Below, piece after piece: positions 52,363-61,581 of a DNA stretch of 64,000 nucleotides. The translations under genes and the position numbers were made by a program. Where the stretch lies: NCBI GenBank assembly GCA_036498625.1, contig DASYFD010000162.1, positions 140 through 64,139 of the forward strand, written 5' to 3'. The stretch's first letter is position 1, and each line of letters opens with the position of its first letter. This DNA is from Xanthobacteraceae bacterium (GTDB lineage Bacteria > Pseudomonadota > Alphaproteobacteria > Rhizobiales > Xanthobacteraceae). Below the pieces are notes generated by a model. The model saw only the letters and a list, made by a program, of their open reading frames with translations, did not search any database and was not told where the DNA came from.

Positions 52363-53832
52363 CTATTTGGTCGAGGCGGTCTGGCGGAACTTGGCCTGCC
52401 ATTTGGCCGCCATGGCGGCGCGTGGGACTTCCTGGCCACGCAAGTACACCTTGTTGATCCGCCGCGTATTGGAGATGCTGTCGAGCGGATTGGCGTCGAG
52501 CACGATGAAATCGGCCTGCCGGCCCGGCGCCACCAGCCCGCTGTTGAAGTGGCCGATGTCGGCGGCGTCGCGGGTCGCGGCGACGATGGTCTCCATTGGC
52601 GTCATGCCGATCGCGACCATGCTTTCCAGGTCAAGGTGATTGAAGTAGCCGATCAGGAACTGGATTTGCCCGGTGTCGGTGCCGGTGACGATCTTCATGC
52701 CGGCGGCCCGCAGCCGCATGGCATTCTGGCCGAGCAGCTCGAAATCGCGGGCGATGTAGCGGTTAATGATTCCCTGCTTGCGCGACTGGCCCCAGTATTC
52801 CTCGACCTGCTGGGGCGCATAGGTCTCCCGCAACAGCGGATCGTCGAGCCATGCCGGTCGCTTGCCGTCGGGCGTGGTGGCCCAGGAGGCGTTCATCCAG
52901 GCGGTGATCAGGGCCGGCGTCATCCAGATCACCGGCCGATCGTTCTCGGCGATCCGTTTCTTGACGATCGCGATCATCTCGTCGTCGACCGCCTCGCCGC
53001 CGCGCACCGGCACGTGCAGCCATCCCTCCATGCCGTGCCGCATCATCTCCTTGGCGTCCTTCAAGGTGATGTTGTGGACTCCGACCGGCACATTGAATTT
53101 GTGCGCCTCGTCGAGGATCGCGTCATAGAGCTCGGGCGGCAGCGTCATCTTGGTGTGGTTGCGGTCATCGACCCAGATCTTGATGAAATCGGGCTTCATC
53201 TTGACGTAGTCGTCGACGGCGGCGCGAGCCTGCTCGACCGTGGTCACCGGATACGACACATCGGCCCTGGAGGCGTGGCCTTGGGCCCCCGCGCCCGGCC
53301 ACGACATGCCGACGCCGGCGGTGTGAAACAGCGCCGCGTTTGGCACCACCTCCGCGCGCACGCGCAGCGGAACATCGCCCCAATTGGTGCGGCCGCCATG
53401 CATGTCCGACCGGTCGAGCAAGTCGCCGATGCCGACCACGGCGCCGACCCCGTGATAGGCGAGACGCTCAAGATGATCGATGAGATTCTCGCGCGTAAAG
53501 GTCTCCTTCGACATCGTCCCTTCGGCGACGTTCTGGAATCCGAAATGGCCGTGCAGGTCCGTCAGGGTGGGCATCACGGTCTTGCCGGTCAGGTCCACAC
53601 GCACGGCGCCGGCCGGCACCTGTAGCTCGCTGCGCCGGTCGACCCGCGTGAACAGGCCGTTCTCGACCGTGAAGGCCGAGCTCTCGATCGGAGCGCTGCC
53701 GTCGCCGGTGATCAGGCGGGCGCCTTCGTACACCGTCACCGCGGTCTGGCTTTGCACCGCGGAAGGGCCGCCGGCCGCCCAGGTAAGACATACTGCCAGC
53801 AGCGGGTAGAGAACGCTCTTTGCTCGGCGCAT
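52363..53832 (-). CDS. exported metal-dependent amidohydrolase
   Basis: Start chosen at MRRAKSVLYPLLAVCLTWAAG (SD GGAGG, signal peptide). An LTDLHGHFG HxH motif is present. Confidence 0.85.
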   Translation of the reverse strand: MRRAKSVLYPLLAVCLTWAAGGPSAVQSQTAVTVYEGARLITGDGSAPIESSAFTVENGLFTRVDRRSELQVPAGAVRVDLTGKTVMPTLTDLHGHFGFQNVAEGTMSKETFTRENLIDHLERLAYHGVGAVVGIGDLLDRSDMHGGRTNWGDVPLRVRAEVVPNAALFHTAGVGMSWPGAGAQGHASRADVSYPVTTVEQARAAVDDYVKMKPDFIKIWVDDRNHTKMTLPPELYDAILDEAHKFNVPVGVHNITLKDAKEMMRHGMEGWLHVPVRGGEAVDDEMIAIVKKRIAENDRPVIWMTPALITAWMNASWATTPDGKRPAWLDDPLLRETYAPQQVEEYWGQSRKQGIINRYIARDFELLGQNAMRLRAAGMKIVTGTDTGQIQFLIGYFNHLDLESMVAIGMTPMETIVAATRDAADIGHFNSGLVAPGRQADFIVLDANPLDSISNTRRINKVYLRGQEVPRAAMAAKWQAKFRQTASTK

Positions 53833-53961
53833 GGAAGCCTCCCTCGACATTACCCGGTTGGTCAGCCCAACCGGTGTGTGGCCCACAGTTGGCGGCCAAA
53901 AGAGCCGCCCCTACGCAAAAGGTGTTGTTGTAGGGGCGCCCCTCGTGGGCGCCCGCCGCGC

Positions 53962-54939
53962 TCAATCCACGCTGACCCCGATGCTCTTCGCGGCTTGGCC
54001 GAGCCGCGCGTATTCGTCGCGCAGGATCTTGGTCATCTCGGCCTGGCTGCTGCCGGCGGCCTCGGTGCCCTGCTCCTCGAACTGCTTCTTGGCCTCCGGC
54101 AGGGTGACGATCTTGGCGATGGTGGCGTTGAGCTTGTCGACGACCGGCTGCGGCGTGCCGTTGGGCACGAAGATCGCGCCCCAGCCGACCGCGTCATAGC
54201 CCGGATAGCCGGACTCGGCGACGGTCGGCACGTCGGGCAGCAAGGCCAGCCGGGTCGGGCTGCCGATCGCGAGCGCCTTGAGCTTGCCGCTGCGCACCTC
54301 CGGCAGCCGGCCCCCGATGGGCGCCACGGTCCATTGCGAGTCGTTGTTGACGACGCCCTCGATCGCCGGCCCGCCGCCTTTGTAGTGCACCACCTCGGGC
54401 TTCACCCCCGCCATGGCGATGAACATCTCGCCGGCGAAATGGCCGGCAGTGCCGGCGCCGGCGGTCGACATCCGCAGCTTGCCGGGGTTCTGCTTCATCA
54501 TGGCGACCAGCTCCGCCAGCGTGTTGACCGGCAATTTCGAATTGGTCGCGATCAGGGTCGGCTGGATCACGAAACGCGCAACCGGCGTGAGGTCCTTGAG
54601 CGGATCGAAGGCGACCTTCTTGACATGGGGCAGCAGCGCCAAGTTGCCGGACGACCCGTAAATGAGGGTATAGCCGTCGGGCGGCGCCTTGATGCCCATC
54701 TCCACACCGGCTTCCAGGAACTGGTTCTCGAAGGTCACCGGCTGACCGAGCGCCTCGGCGAGCTGCTTGCCGATGATGCGCGACATGAGATCGGCGGCCG
54801 AGCCGGGCACCTCGGGAACGATCAGCCGGATCGGCTTGCTCGGAAAGCCCGTCTGCGCGCCGGCCGCGAGCGCGGATCCCACCAGCGCGGCGGCTGCGAT
54901 CGTCATGGCGGTCATGAACGGATGCTTCATGGGTCTCAA
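53962..54939 (-). CDS. Bug-family (TctC-like) substrate-binding protein
   Basis: 325-aa ORF. Signal peptide, then FPSKPIRLIVPEVPGSAADLMSR...PPDGYTLIY. Confidence 0.9.
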   Translation of the reverse strand: MRPMKHPFMTAMTIAAAALVGSALAAGAQTGFPSKPIRLIVPEVPGSAADLMSRIIGKQLAEALGQPVTFENQFLEAGVEMGIKAPPDGYTLIYGSSGNLALLPHVKKVAFDPLKDLTPVARFVIQPTLIATNSKLPVNTLAELVAMMKQNPGKLRMSTAGAGTAGHFAGEMFIAMAGVKPEVVHYKGGGPAIEGVVNNDSQWTVAPIGGRLPEVRSGKLKALAIGSPTRLALLPDVPTVAESGYPGYDAVGWGAIFVPNGTPQPVVDKLNATIAKIVTLPEAKKQFEEQGTEAAGSSQAEMTKILRDEYARLGQAAKSIGVSVD

Positions 54940-55054
54940 CCTCCGGTTTGCGTTGGTTCGCGAAACTCAGCCGCGAAGACTGCACCCGGGGCAGGCGCAA
55001 GACAAGCGCGGTTCGCCCGGTCGCGCGCGGGTACTTCCCCGGACGTCGCCGCCG

Positions 55055-55924
55055 TCACTTCTGCAATTGCGTGAAGTATCGCAAATCCGGCGGCGCCTGA
55101 TTCTTCTTGCTGGGCATCAGCAGGCCGTCCGAGCGCAGCAGATAGTTCTCCTTGCCGATGAGGATGTTGTGGTTGCCCTCCTGGCACCAGGTCTCGGGAA
55201 ACTGCACCACATTCTCGGCCACCCGCATGTATTGCCGGTCGGAGGTCCAGGGCCGCGTCAGCGCGTTGTCGATCACGGTGGTGAGGAGGTGGATGATGTC
55301 AGGATTGGTCTTGTCGATGAAGATGCGCTCCTTGAACACCGACTGGTTGTCGAAGGCGAGCGGCAGCCCGCTGGCGTCGAATGCGCGCGGACCCTTGAAG
55401 TAGCGGGTCTCGACCTCGAGCAGGTCGTAGCGGCCGTCGCCATCCTCGTCGACCCAGCGGCCGATGGAGTAGCCCCCATAGGTCGGCTGCGGATTCTTGG
55501 GCCAGTCGCGGCCGTCGGTGAACACCCGGCGCAGATGGTCCGAGCCGCTGAGCAGGATGTAGGTGGTGGCCGGCGTGATGACGTATTCCTGCGTCCCGAA
55601 TGTCATGATGCGCGGCATGCCGCTCGGCAGGCAGCGGGCGGTTGGATAATTGCCCAGCCCGCCGTTGGCCTGGTCCGCCATGCTGTCGGCCAGGACCTTC
55701 TGATACTCGGGCGTGAGCGGCGCCTCCTGGCGCAAGCCGAAGGTCTTGGTCTGGTCGAAGGCGCCCTGCACCTCCACCTCCCGGTGAATGACGCGCGTCC
55801 ACTCGCCCTTCCAGTTGGTCGGATACTTGACGTCATCGGCCGCCCGCGCGCCGCCGATCGTCGTCAGCAGCGTCACGGCGATATGCGCGCGGAAGACCAC
55901 GCGGGCCAGGCTTTGGTTCAACAT
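55055..55924 (-). CDS. secreted protein of unknown function (tandem paralog A)
   Basis: Start chosen at MLNQSLARV (SD GGAGG). TPEYQKVL, RCLPSGMPRIMT, RRVFTDGRDWP and YGGYSIGRWVDEDGDGRYDLLEVET are shared with the next gene. Confidence 0.75.
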   Translation of the reverse strand: MLNQSLARVVFRAHIAVTLLTTIGGARAADDVKYPTNWKGEWTRVIHREVEVQGAFDQTKTFGLRQEAPLTPEYQKVLADSMADQANGGLGNYPTARCLPSGMPRIMTFGTQEYVITPATTYILLSGSDHLRRVFTDGRDWPKNPQPTYGGYSIGRWVDEDGDGRYDLLEVETRYFKGPRAFDASGLPLAFDNQSVFKERIFIDKTNPDIIHLLTTVIDNALTRPWTSDRQYMRVAENVVQFPETWCQEGNHNILIGKENYLLRSDGLLMPSKKNQAPPDLRYFTQLQK

Positions 55925-55974
55925 GATCGCCTCCATGAAATCTCAGCTGTTTGCTTGATCGCGATCGACGCGCG

Positions 55975-56829
55975 TCACTTCGGTGCAGGCTTGAAGTATC
56001 GCAGATCCGGTGGCGGCTGATCCTTCCGGGTGGGCATCAGCACGCCGTCGTCGTTCAGGAGATAGTTCTCCTTGTCGAGCACGATCCGGCGGTTGGTCAC
56101 GTGGCAATACTCTTCGGGCCAGTCCGGCTGCGCTTCTGCATTGCGCCGGAACGTCTTGTCCACGGTCCAGGGCTGCGTCAGGGCGTGATCGATGACCGTG
56201 ATCACGTCATGCAGCAGGTTGGGATCGGCCTTGTCGATGAAGAATCGTTCCCGGAAGGTCGACTCGTTGTCGACGTGCAGCGGCAATCCGGTCGGATCGT
56301 AGGCGCGGGGGCCCTTGAACGGGCCGCGTGTCTCGGCCTCGAGCACGTCGTAGGTTCCGTCGCCGTCGGTATCGATCCAGTGGCCGATCGAATAACCCTG
56401 ATAGGTCGGATTGAGCTTGGCGGGCCAGGCGCGGCCGTCGGTCAGGATGCGACGAAGGTTGTCGTTGCCGCCGAGCAGGATGTAGGTGACCTCGGGCGTG
56501 ACCACGTATTCCTGCGCCTGGTAGGTCATCATGCGCGGCATGCCGGCTGCGTAGCATTGCGTGGTCGGATCATTGCCCAGTCCGCCGTTGGCCTGGACCG
56601 CCATGCTGTCCTGCAGGACTTTCTGATACTCCGGCGTGAGCGGGGCTTGCTGCCCGGGCCCGGCCGGCTTGGTCGGATCGAGGCTGCGCGCTGCCACCCC
56701 CGGGGCGCTGACCGGAACCCATTGGCCGCTCCAGTCGGGATATTTCGCGTCGGCCGCCGCGGCGCTGCCTATGGTCAACAGGGCGGCAAGCGTAGCCGCA
56801 ACTGCATAGATCGAGCTTTGGTCCGTCAT
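55975..56829 (-). CDS. secreted protein of unknown function (tandem paralog B)
   Basis: Start chosen at MTDQSSIYAVAATLAALL (SD GGAGG). TPEYQKVL, QCYAAGMPRMMT, RRILTDGRAWP and YQGYSIGHWIDTDGDGTYDVLEAET are present. Confidence 0.75.
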   Translation of the reverse strand: MTDQSSIYAVAATLAALLTIGSAAAADAKYPDWSGQWVPVSAPGVAARSLDPTKPAGPGQQAPLTPEYQKVLQDSMAVQANGGLGNDPTTQCYAAGMPRMMTYQAQEYVVTPEVTYILLGGNDNLRRILTDGRAWPAKLNPTYQGYSIGHWIDTDGDGTYDVLEAETRGPFKGPRAYDPTGLPLHVDNESTFRERFFIDKADPNLLHDVITVIDHALTQPWTVDKTFRRNAEAQPDWPEEYCHVTNRRIVLDKENYLLNDDGVLMPTRKDQPPPDLRYFKPAPK

Positions 56830-57161
56830 GATTATCCTCCCTGCCATCTGTATTTTTTTGATCGCCACTGAGGTGGCGTTTCGGCGGCCGCAATCGGACT
56901 TGCCGCAGCCGGCATCCTGCTGGGCGCGTGCCTCACGTGTCAATCGCGTCGTTGGGCAGCGCAGATTCCAACGAGATTCCCGCACGGCAACGCGGCACGC
57001 GTCGGCAGATCCGGTAGGGTAGGTAAAATTGCTCGGCACTGCCGTCAGGATTGCACATGGAGGCGCGCAATTTTGCCCACGTGTCGCGCCCCGCCGTGCC
57101 GTATCTTCGAGGCCACGGCAGGCGCGTTACCCGCCCTACGGCTGCAAGGCTTCCGGCGCGA

Positions 57162-58253
57162 TTACCGCGCCGCGGCTTCCGACTTCAGATATCCACGCTC
57201 GCGGTAGTAGCGCTCAGCGCCCGGATGCAGCGGCACGCCGCCGCCGTCCGCCACGGTCGCCGGATCGTAGGAGAACGGCACGAGCGCCCATTTGAGCAGG
57301 CCGTGCTGCTCGTCCAGCGCCTTGGCCACATCGTAGGCGAACGAGGCCGGAAGGTCGTCGCGTCCATAGACGGCCTCGCCTGAAACCCCGACGGTCGGCA
57401 CCGGCTTGTCGCCGACGCCGCGCATGTAGCGGAATGGAACCTCCACCAGCTGCGCGCCATCGTCCCGGGCGAGCTTCTGGCGCAAGTCATCGGGCAGCGG
57501 CAGGAATACGAGATCCCGCTTCATCGACATCTCGTACCACATGTTGCCTTCGGGATTGTTGGCGAGCACGCCGTTGCCGATGATGACATCGAAGTTGGCG
57601 TTCTTGAGCAGCGCGTTGCCCGCATAGATGGCGCCGCCGAGCGCCTCGACGTCCTTCGGGGTCAGGTTGTAGTAGGCCAGCACCGGCGCCACCAGGGCGC
57701 CGACCCCGGCCAGGATCCGCACCGGCATCTTGCGCTCGCGCACCTGCTTGAGATCGGTGATCCCCGACTCCCTGGTCACTGCCACCATCAGATAGGCCGG
57801 GTTCTCGACCCTGGCGATGATGCGGAGATTCTTGAACGCGCCCTCGGGAAAGTTGGCGGTGCCGTCATAGGCGCGGCGCACCGCATCCATGCCGGTGACC
57901 CCGAAATCGATCGGGCCGTCCGGGTTGACCAAGGTGCCCTCCGCGAACTGCCGGTCGGTGATCTCCGGCGGACGCAGCCGCTTGGCAACGATGCGCGTCG
58001 CCTCCCGGCCGGAACATGAAAGGCAAACCTGAACGTCGTAACCGGATGACGCCATGATCTTCTTGACCAGGTTGCCGAGCGCTCCCCAGGGACAATGGTC
58101 GCAGGCCGCCTGCAGTACCGGCCGCTTCGCCGCCACGCCGGTCGCCGGCGCGCTTTGCTGGGCGAAGACGGAAGCCGCCGGCGGCAAGCTCGCGCAGCCG
58201 ATCAAGATCACGAACAGCAACAGGGCAACTCTTCGGATTACACGTGCGATCAT
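57162..58253 (-). CDS. TAXI-family TRAP transporter solute receptor-like protein
   Basis: 363-aa ORF. SD GGGAGG, signal peptide, and the C-terminal VPLHPGAERYYRERGYL typical of TAXI receptors. It carries an unusual CDHC...CLSC four-Cys cluster near the N-terminus. Confidence 0.75.
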   Translation of the reverse strand: MIARVIRRVALLLFVILIGCASLPPAASVFAQQSAPATGVAAKRPVLQAACDHCPWGALGNLVKKIMASSGYDVQVCLSCSGREATRIVAKRLRPPEITDRQFAEGTLVNPDGPIDFGVTGMDAVRRAYDGTANFPEGAFKNLRIIARVENPAYLMVAVTRESGITDLKQVRERKMPVRILAGVGALVAPVLAYYNLTPKDVEALGGAIYAGNALLKNANFDVIIGNGVLANNPEGNMWYEMSMKRDLVFLPLPDDLRQKLARDDGAQLVEVPFRYMRGVGDKPVPTVGVSGEAVYGRDDLPASFAYDVAKALDEQHGLLKWALVPFSYDPATVADGGGVPLHPGAERYYRERGYLKSEAAAR

Positions 58254-58315
58254 CTCTGCCTCCCGGTCTCGGCCTTGGAGCCGCTTGCCGCGATTATAGC
58301 CTCACCGAACGCGCT

Positions 58316-60172
58316 TTACAGAAATCCGATCGACAGCCAGGGGACCAGCGCCACGATCACCAGCGCGACCAGGACGGCGGCGAGATAGGGCCACACCCGT
58401 CCCATGGCTTCCTCGGGCGGGACGCGGCCGATGGCGCAGGCGGCGTAGAAGCCGAGCCCGAACGGCGGCGCGAACAGCCCGATGCCCATGGCCAGGATCA
58501 CCACCATGGCGTAGTGCACGTCGTGCAGACCGAGCGCGCGGGCGGCCGGAAACAGCAGCGGCCCGAACAGCACGATCGCCGGGATGCCTTCCAGCACGCT
58601 ACCCAGGATCATGAACGCCACGATCGAGATCGCCAGAAAGCCGAGCTGTCCGCCCGGCACTTGCGCCATGGCGGCTACCAGCTGGTGCGAGAAGCCCGAT
58701 TGGGTCAGCGCCCAGGCCATGGCGGTGGGGGTGCCGATGATGAACAGGATGGCGCCCGAGAGCGATGCGGTCTCGACCAGCATGGGATAGAGCCGCCGCC
58801 AGTCGAAGCGGCGATAGAACAGGAGGCCGGCAAGCGCCGTGTAGACGACGCCGACGGTCGAGACCTCGGTCGCGGTGGCGACGCCTTCGATCACGGCGCT
58901 GCGGATCAGGAACGGCAGCGCCAGCGCGGGCAGCGCGACCAGAAAGCTCAATCCGATCTGCCGCAAGGGCGCGCGCGTGACTCCGCTCAGATCATCGCCA
59001 CGGGAGCGGAAATAGCAGATCACCACCAGCACCAAGGCGGCCACCAGGGCGGGCAGCAGACCGCCGGTGAACAATCCCTGGATCGAGACATTGGCGACCG
59101 AGCCGATGGTTATCAGCACCAGGCTCGGCGGAATGGTCTCCGACATGGCGCCCGACGCCGCCAAGAGCGCCACCAACTCGCCGGGCTTGGCGCCGCGCCG
59201 TTTCATCTCCGGGAACAGGACGGGAGCCACCGCCGCCATGTCGGCGGCCTTGGAGCCCGAGATGCCGGAGACCAGGTACATGGCGCCGAGCAACACATAG
59301 GCGAGCCCGCCGCGCACGTGGCCGAGCAGCGCGGCGATGAAATCGACCAGTGCCCGCGCGAGCCCCGCCATCTCCATCATCAGGCCGAGAAACACGAACA
59401 GCGGCACTGCCAGGAGAATAAGGCCGGACATGCCGGAATCCATGCGGCTGATCACGATGGTGAGGGGGATTTGCGTGGTGCAAGCCAGGTAGGCCAGGGT
59501 CGAAAGGCCGAATGCGAAGGCGATCGGCACCCCGAGCACGACCAGGATTCCGACCAGAACGACGAAGAAGATCACCAGGTTGTAGTTCCCCATCGCCAGC
59601 AGGGCCAGTCCGGCGAGCCACAGCGCGGCCGCGACGGCGCCCATGATGGCGATCGCGACGGTGATCGAGCGCCAGCCGGCGTGCTCGACGAGGCGCGCAC
59701 CGGCAATCAGCAGCATGAGGATGGCGCCGACCGCGATGGCGGCGACCCGATAAGAGTCCGGGATCTCGAGCGCCGGTGTGGTGATCATCTGCTGGGAGCC
59801 CGCATAGTCGAGCGCCGGCAGGATGATGGCGAGCAAAAATACGAGCACCACCGCGGTGGCGAGGGTATCGATGAAGCCGCGCAGCCGCGGCGGCGCGCGC
59901 GACACCAGGAAGCCGAGCCGCATGTGCTCGGCGCGCCGCAGCGCGATGACGGCGCCCAGCATGGCAAGCCACAGGAACAGGATCGAGGCGAGCTCGTCCG
60001 ACCAGGTCAGCGGGGAATTGAAGACGTAGCGCGAGATCACGCCCGCGAGCAGCACCAGGATCTCGACCGCAACCAAGATGGCGGCCGGAATTTCGGTGGC
60101 GTTGGCGAGGAAGCGGTCGAGGCGGCCGAAGAGCGCTGATCGCTGCCACGGCGTGGCGTCAGCTGAGCGCAC
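58316..60172 (-). CDS. TRAP transporter fused small/large permease (DctQ-DctM)
   Basis: GTG start at 60172 (SD GGAGAG 8 nt upstream, 14-nt overlap with dctP) is preferred over ATG at 60244. A DctQ-like N-terminus (ISRYVFNSPLTWSDELA) is followed by a polytopic DctM part. Confidence 0.85.
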   Translation of the reverse strand: MRSADATPWQRSALFGRLDRFLANATEIPAAILVAVEILVLLAGVISRYVFNSPLTWSDELASILFLWLAMLGAVIALRRAEHMRLGFLVSRAPPRLRGFIDTLATAVVLVFLLAIILPALDYAGSQQMITTPALEIPDSYRVAAIAVGAILMLLIAGARLVEHAGWRSITVAIAIMGAVAAALWLAGLALLAMGNYNLVIFFVVLVGILVVLGVPIAFAFGLSTLAYLACTTQIPLTIVISRMDSGMSGLILLAVPLFVFLGLMMEMAGLARALVDFIAALLGHVRGGLAYVLLGAMYLVSGISGSKAADMAAVAPVLFPEMKRRGAKPGELVALLAASGAMSETIPPSLVLITIGSVANVSIQGLFTGGLLPALVAALVLVVICYFRSRGDDLSGVTRAPLRQIGLSFLVALPALALPFLIRSAVIEGVATATEVSTVGVVYTALAGLLFYRRFDWRRLYPMLVETASLSGAILFIIGTPTAMAWALTQSGFSHQLVAAMAQVPGGQLGFLAISIVAFMILGSVLEGIPAIVLFGPLLFPAARALGLHDVHYAMVVILAMGIGLFAPPFGLGFYAACAIGRVPPEEAMGRVWPYLAAVLVALVIVALVPWLSIGFL

Positions 60173-61181
60173 CGACCTGGCTCTCCAGCACGGCCCAGGC
60201 CTGCGCGCCGTATTTCTCCTTCCACTCGGCGTAAAAGCCGGCATTGCGCAGGGCGGCGCGGAAGATCTGCGGATCGGTATTGTTGAAGGCCATGCCGCGC
60301 TGGCTCAGCGCGCCCTGCAGGGAGGCGTTGAGCGCCCGCACGTCCTCGCGCTCCTGCTTGGCGGCGGTATTGAGGTTGCGCTCGACGATGTCCTGCAGGT
60401 CCTTGGGCAGCGCGGCCCAGACCCGGCCGTTTGCGAGCGTCCAGAACCCGTCCCACATGTGATTGGTGACGGAGACGAATTTCTGCACCTCGTAGAACTT
60501 GTAGAGATCGATCAGCGCCAGCGGATTTTCCTGGCCCTCAACGATCTTGGTCTGCATGGCCGAATAGGCTTCATTGATGTTGATGCTGGCCGGCGCGGCC
60601 CCGAACGCCTTGAACATCGAGGTCCACAGCGGGCTCACCGGGACGCGAATCTTGAAGCCCTTGAGGTCCTCGGGCTTAACGATCGCGTGCGAGCTGCTGG
60701 TGATCTGGCGATAGCCGTTGTCCCACATGGCGCCGAAGGCGTAGAGGCCGGACTTGGCGATCGCGGCGCGGATGAAGGCGCCGAGCTCGCCGTCCATGGC
60801 GCTCCACACCTGATCGTAGTCCTTGAACGCGAAGCCGATGCCGTTGATGGAGGCGAGCGGCACGAAGGTGGAGAGGATGAGGCCGGACAAATTGAACATC
60901 TGGATGGCGCCGGTGCGCAATTGCGACAGCATGTCGGTATCGCCGCCGAGCTGGCTGTTGGGAAACACCTGGATATCCACGCGCCCGCCCGATTGCTCGC
61001 GGATGCGATCCACCGCCTCGCGCAGCCGGACATTCATGGGATGCTGCGCCACGTTGTTGTTGGCATAGCGCCAGGTGAACTCGGCCGCATCGCCGCGCCG
61101 GGTGAGGATGCCGAACGCGGCTATGCCGGTTGCCGCTGCGGTGCCGGCATGGAGGAACTTACGGCGATCGATGGTGCGCAT
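60159..61181 (-). CDS. dctP: DctP-family TRAP solute receptor with a Tat-type signal
   Basis: Start chosen at MRTIDRRKFLHAGTAAATG inside the 452-aa track ORF. DctP-like body (NSQLGGDTDMLSQLRTGAIQM). Confidence 0.88.
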   Translation of the reverse strand: MRTIDRRKFLHAGTAAATGIAAFGILTRRGDAAEFTWRYANNNVAQHPMNVRLREAVDRIREQSGGRVDIQVFPNSQLGGDTDMLSQLRTGAIQMFNLSGLILSTFVPLASINGIGFAFKDYDQVWSAMDGELGAFIRAAIAKSGLYAFGAMWDNGYRQITSSSHAIVKPEDLKGFKIRVPVSPLWTSMFKAFGAAPASININEAYSAMQTKIVEGQENPLALIDLYKFYEVQKFVSVTNHMWDGFWTLANGRVWAALPKDLQDIVERNLNTAAKQEREDVRALNASLQGALSQRGMAFNNTDPQIFRAALRNAGFYAEWKEKYGAQAWAVLESQVGALS

Positions 61182-61269
61182 GGAGGCCTCGAGTTCGATC
61201 CGGAGCTTGCGCCCACTATAGCAGGTTCCGGCAGCAACGGTTGGCGATCGAGTGGCGTGCGCCAAAGAT

Positions 61270-61405
61270 CGAAGCGCTCGCTTGCGATTTGTCGAAGCGG
61301 CCGCTTGCCCCGCCGGCCTCAATCGCATTGAAAATACAATCCGGGAACAATGAAAACCGCCCCGAAGCGGCCATTGGACCTCGCCTGGTGCGAAGCGGCC
61401 GCTTG
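61270..61405. promoter_or_regulatory. array of four CGAAGCG-N2-CGCTTG-type palindromes upstream of dctP
   Basis: CGAAGCGCTCGCTTG (61270-61284). CGAAGCGGCCGCTTG (61293-61307 and 61391-405, identical 15-mers). CGAAGCGGCCATTGG (61363-61377, degenerate). Confidence 0.4.
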
Positions 61406-61411
61406 TTCTGA

Positions 61412-61461
61412 CCCTCATCCTGAGGAGCATCGCGCGAGAGCGCGGCCCCTCAGGATGAGGT
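61412..61461. repeat. REP-like palindrome CCTCATCCTGAGG-N22-CCTCAGGATGAGG
   Basis: Perfect 13-bp arms, seen directly. Confidence 0.6.
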
Positions 61462-61537
61462 CTGGTGGAATCCTGGCTGTGCTGGAAATAACCGGTTCGG
61501 ATTTCCGCCGGGCGCAATGCGCGAGTTTCAATTTCAC

Positions 61538-61566
61538 GAATAGTCTGATTTGCGCGGGGGCGTCAA
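61538..61566 (-). promoter_or_regulatory. sigma70-like promoter TTGACG-N17-CTATTC (copy 2 of the duplicated module)
   Basis: On the minus strand the -35, spacer length, -10 and the following 14 nt match copy 1 at 37053-37095. It lies about 350 nt upstream of dctP. Confidence 0.4.
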
Positions 61567-61581
61567 CTTCCCGACGCCAAC

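Noticed and set aside
60173-60244. ATG at 60244 as the start of the DctQM permease
   Set aside because: It would overlap dctP by 86 nt and encode a non-hydrophobic Arg-rich leader. The GTG at 60172 with a GGAGAG SD is more plausible, but this remains uncertain.
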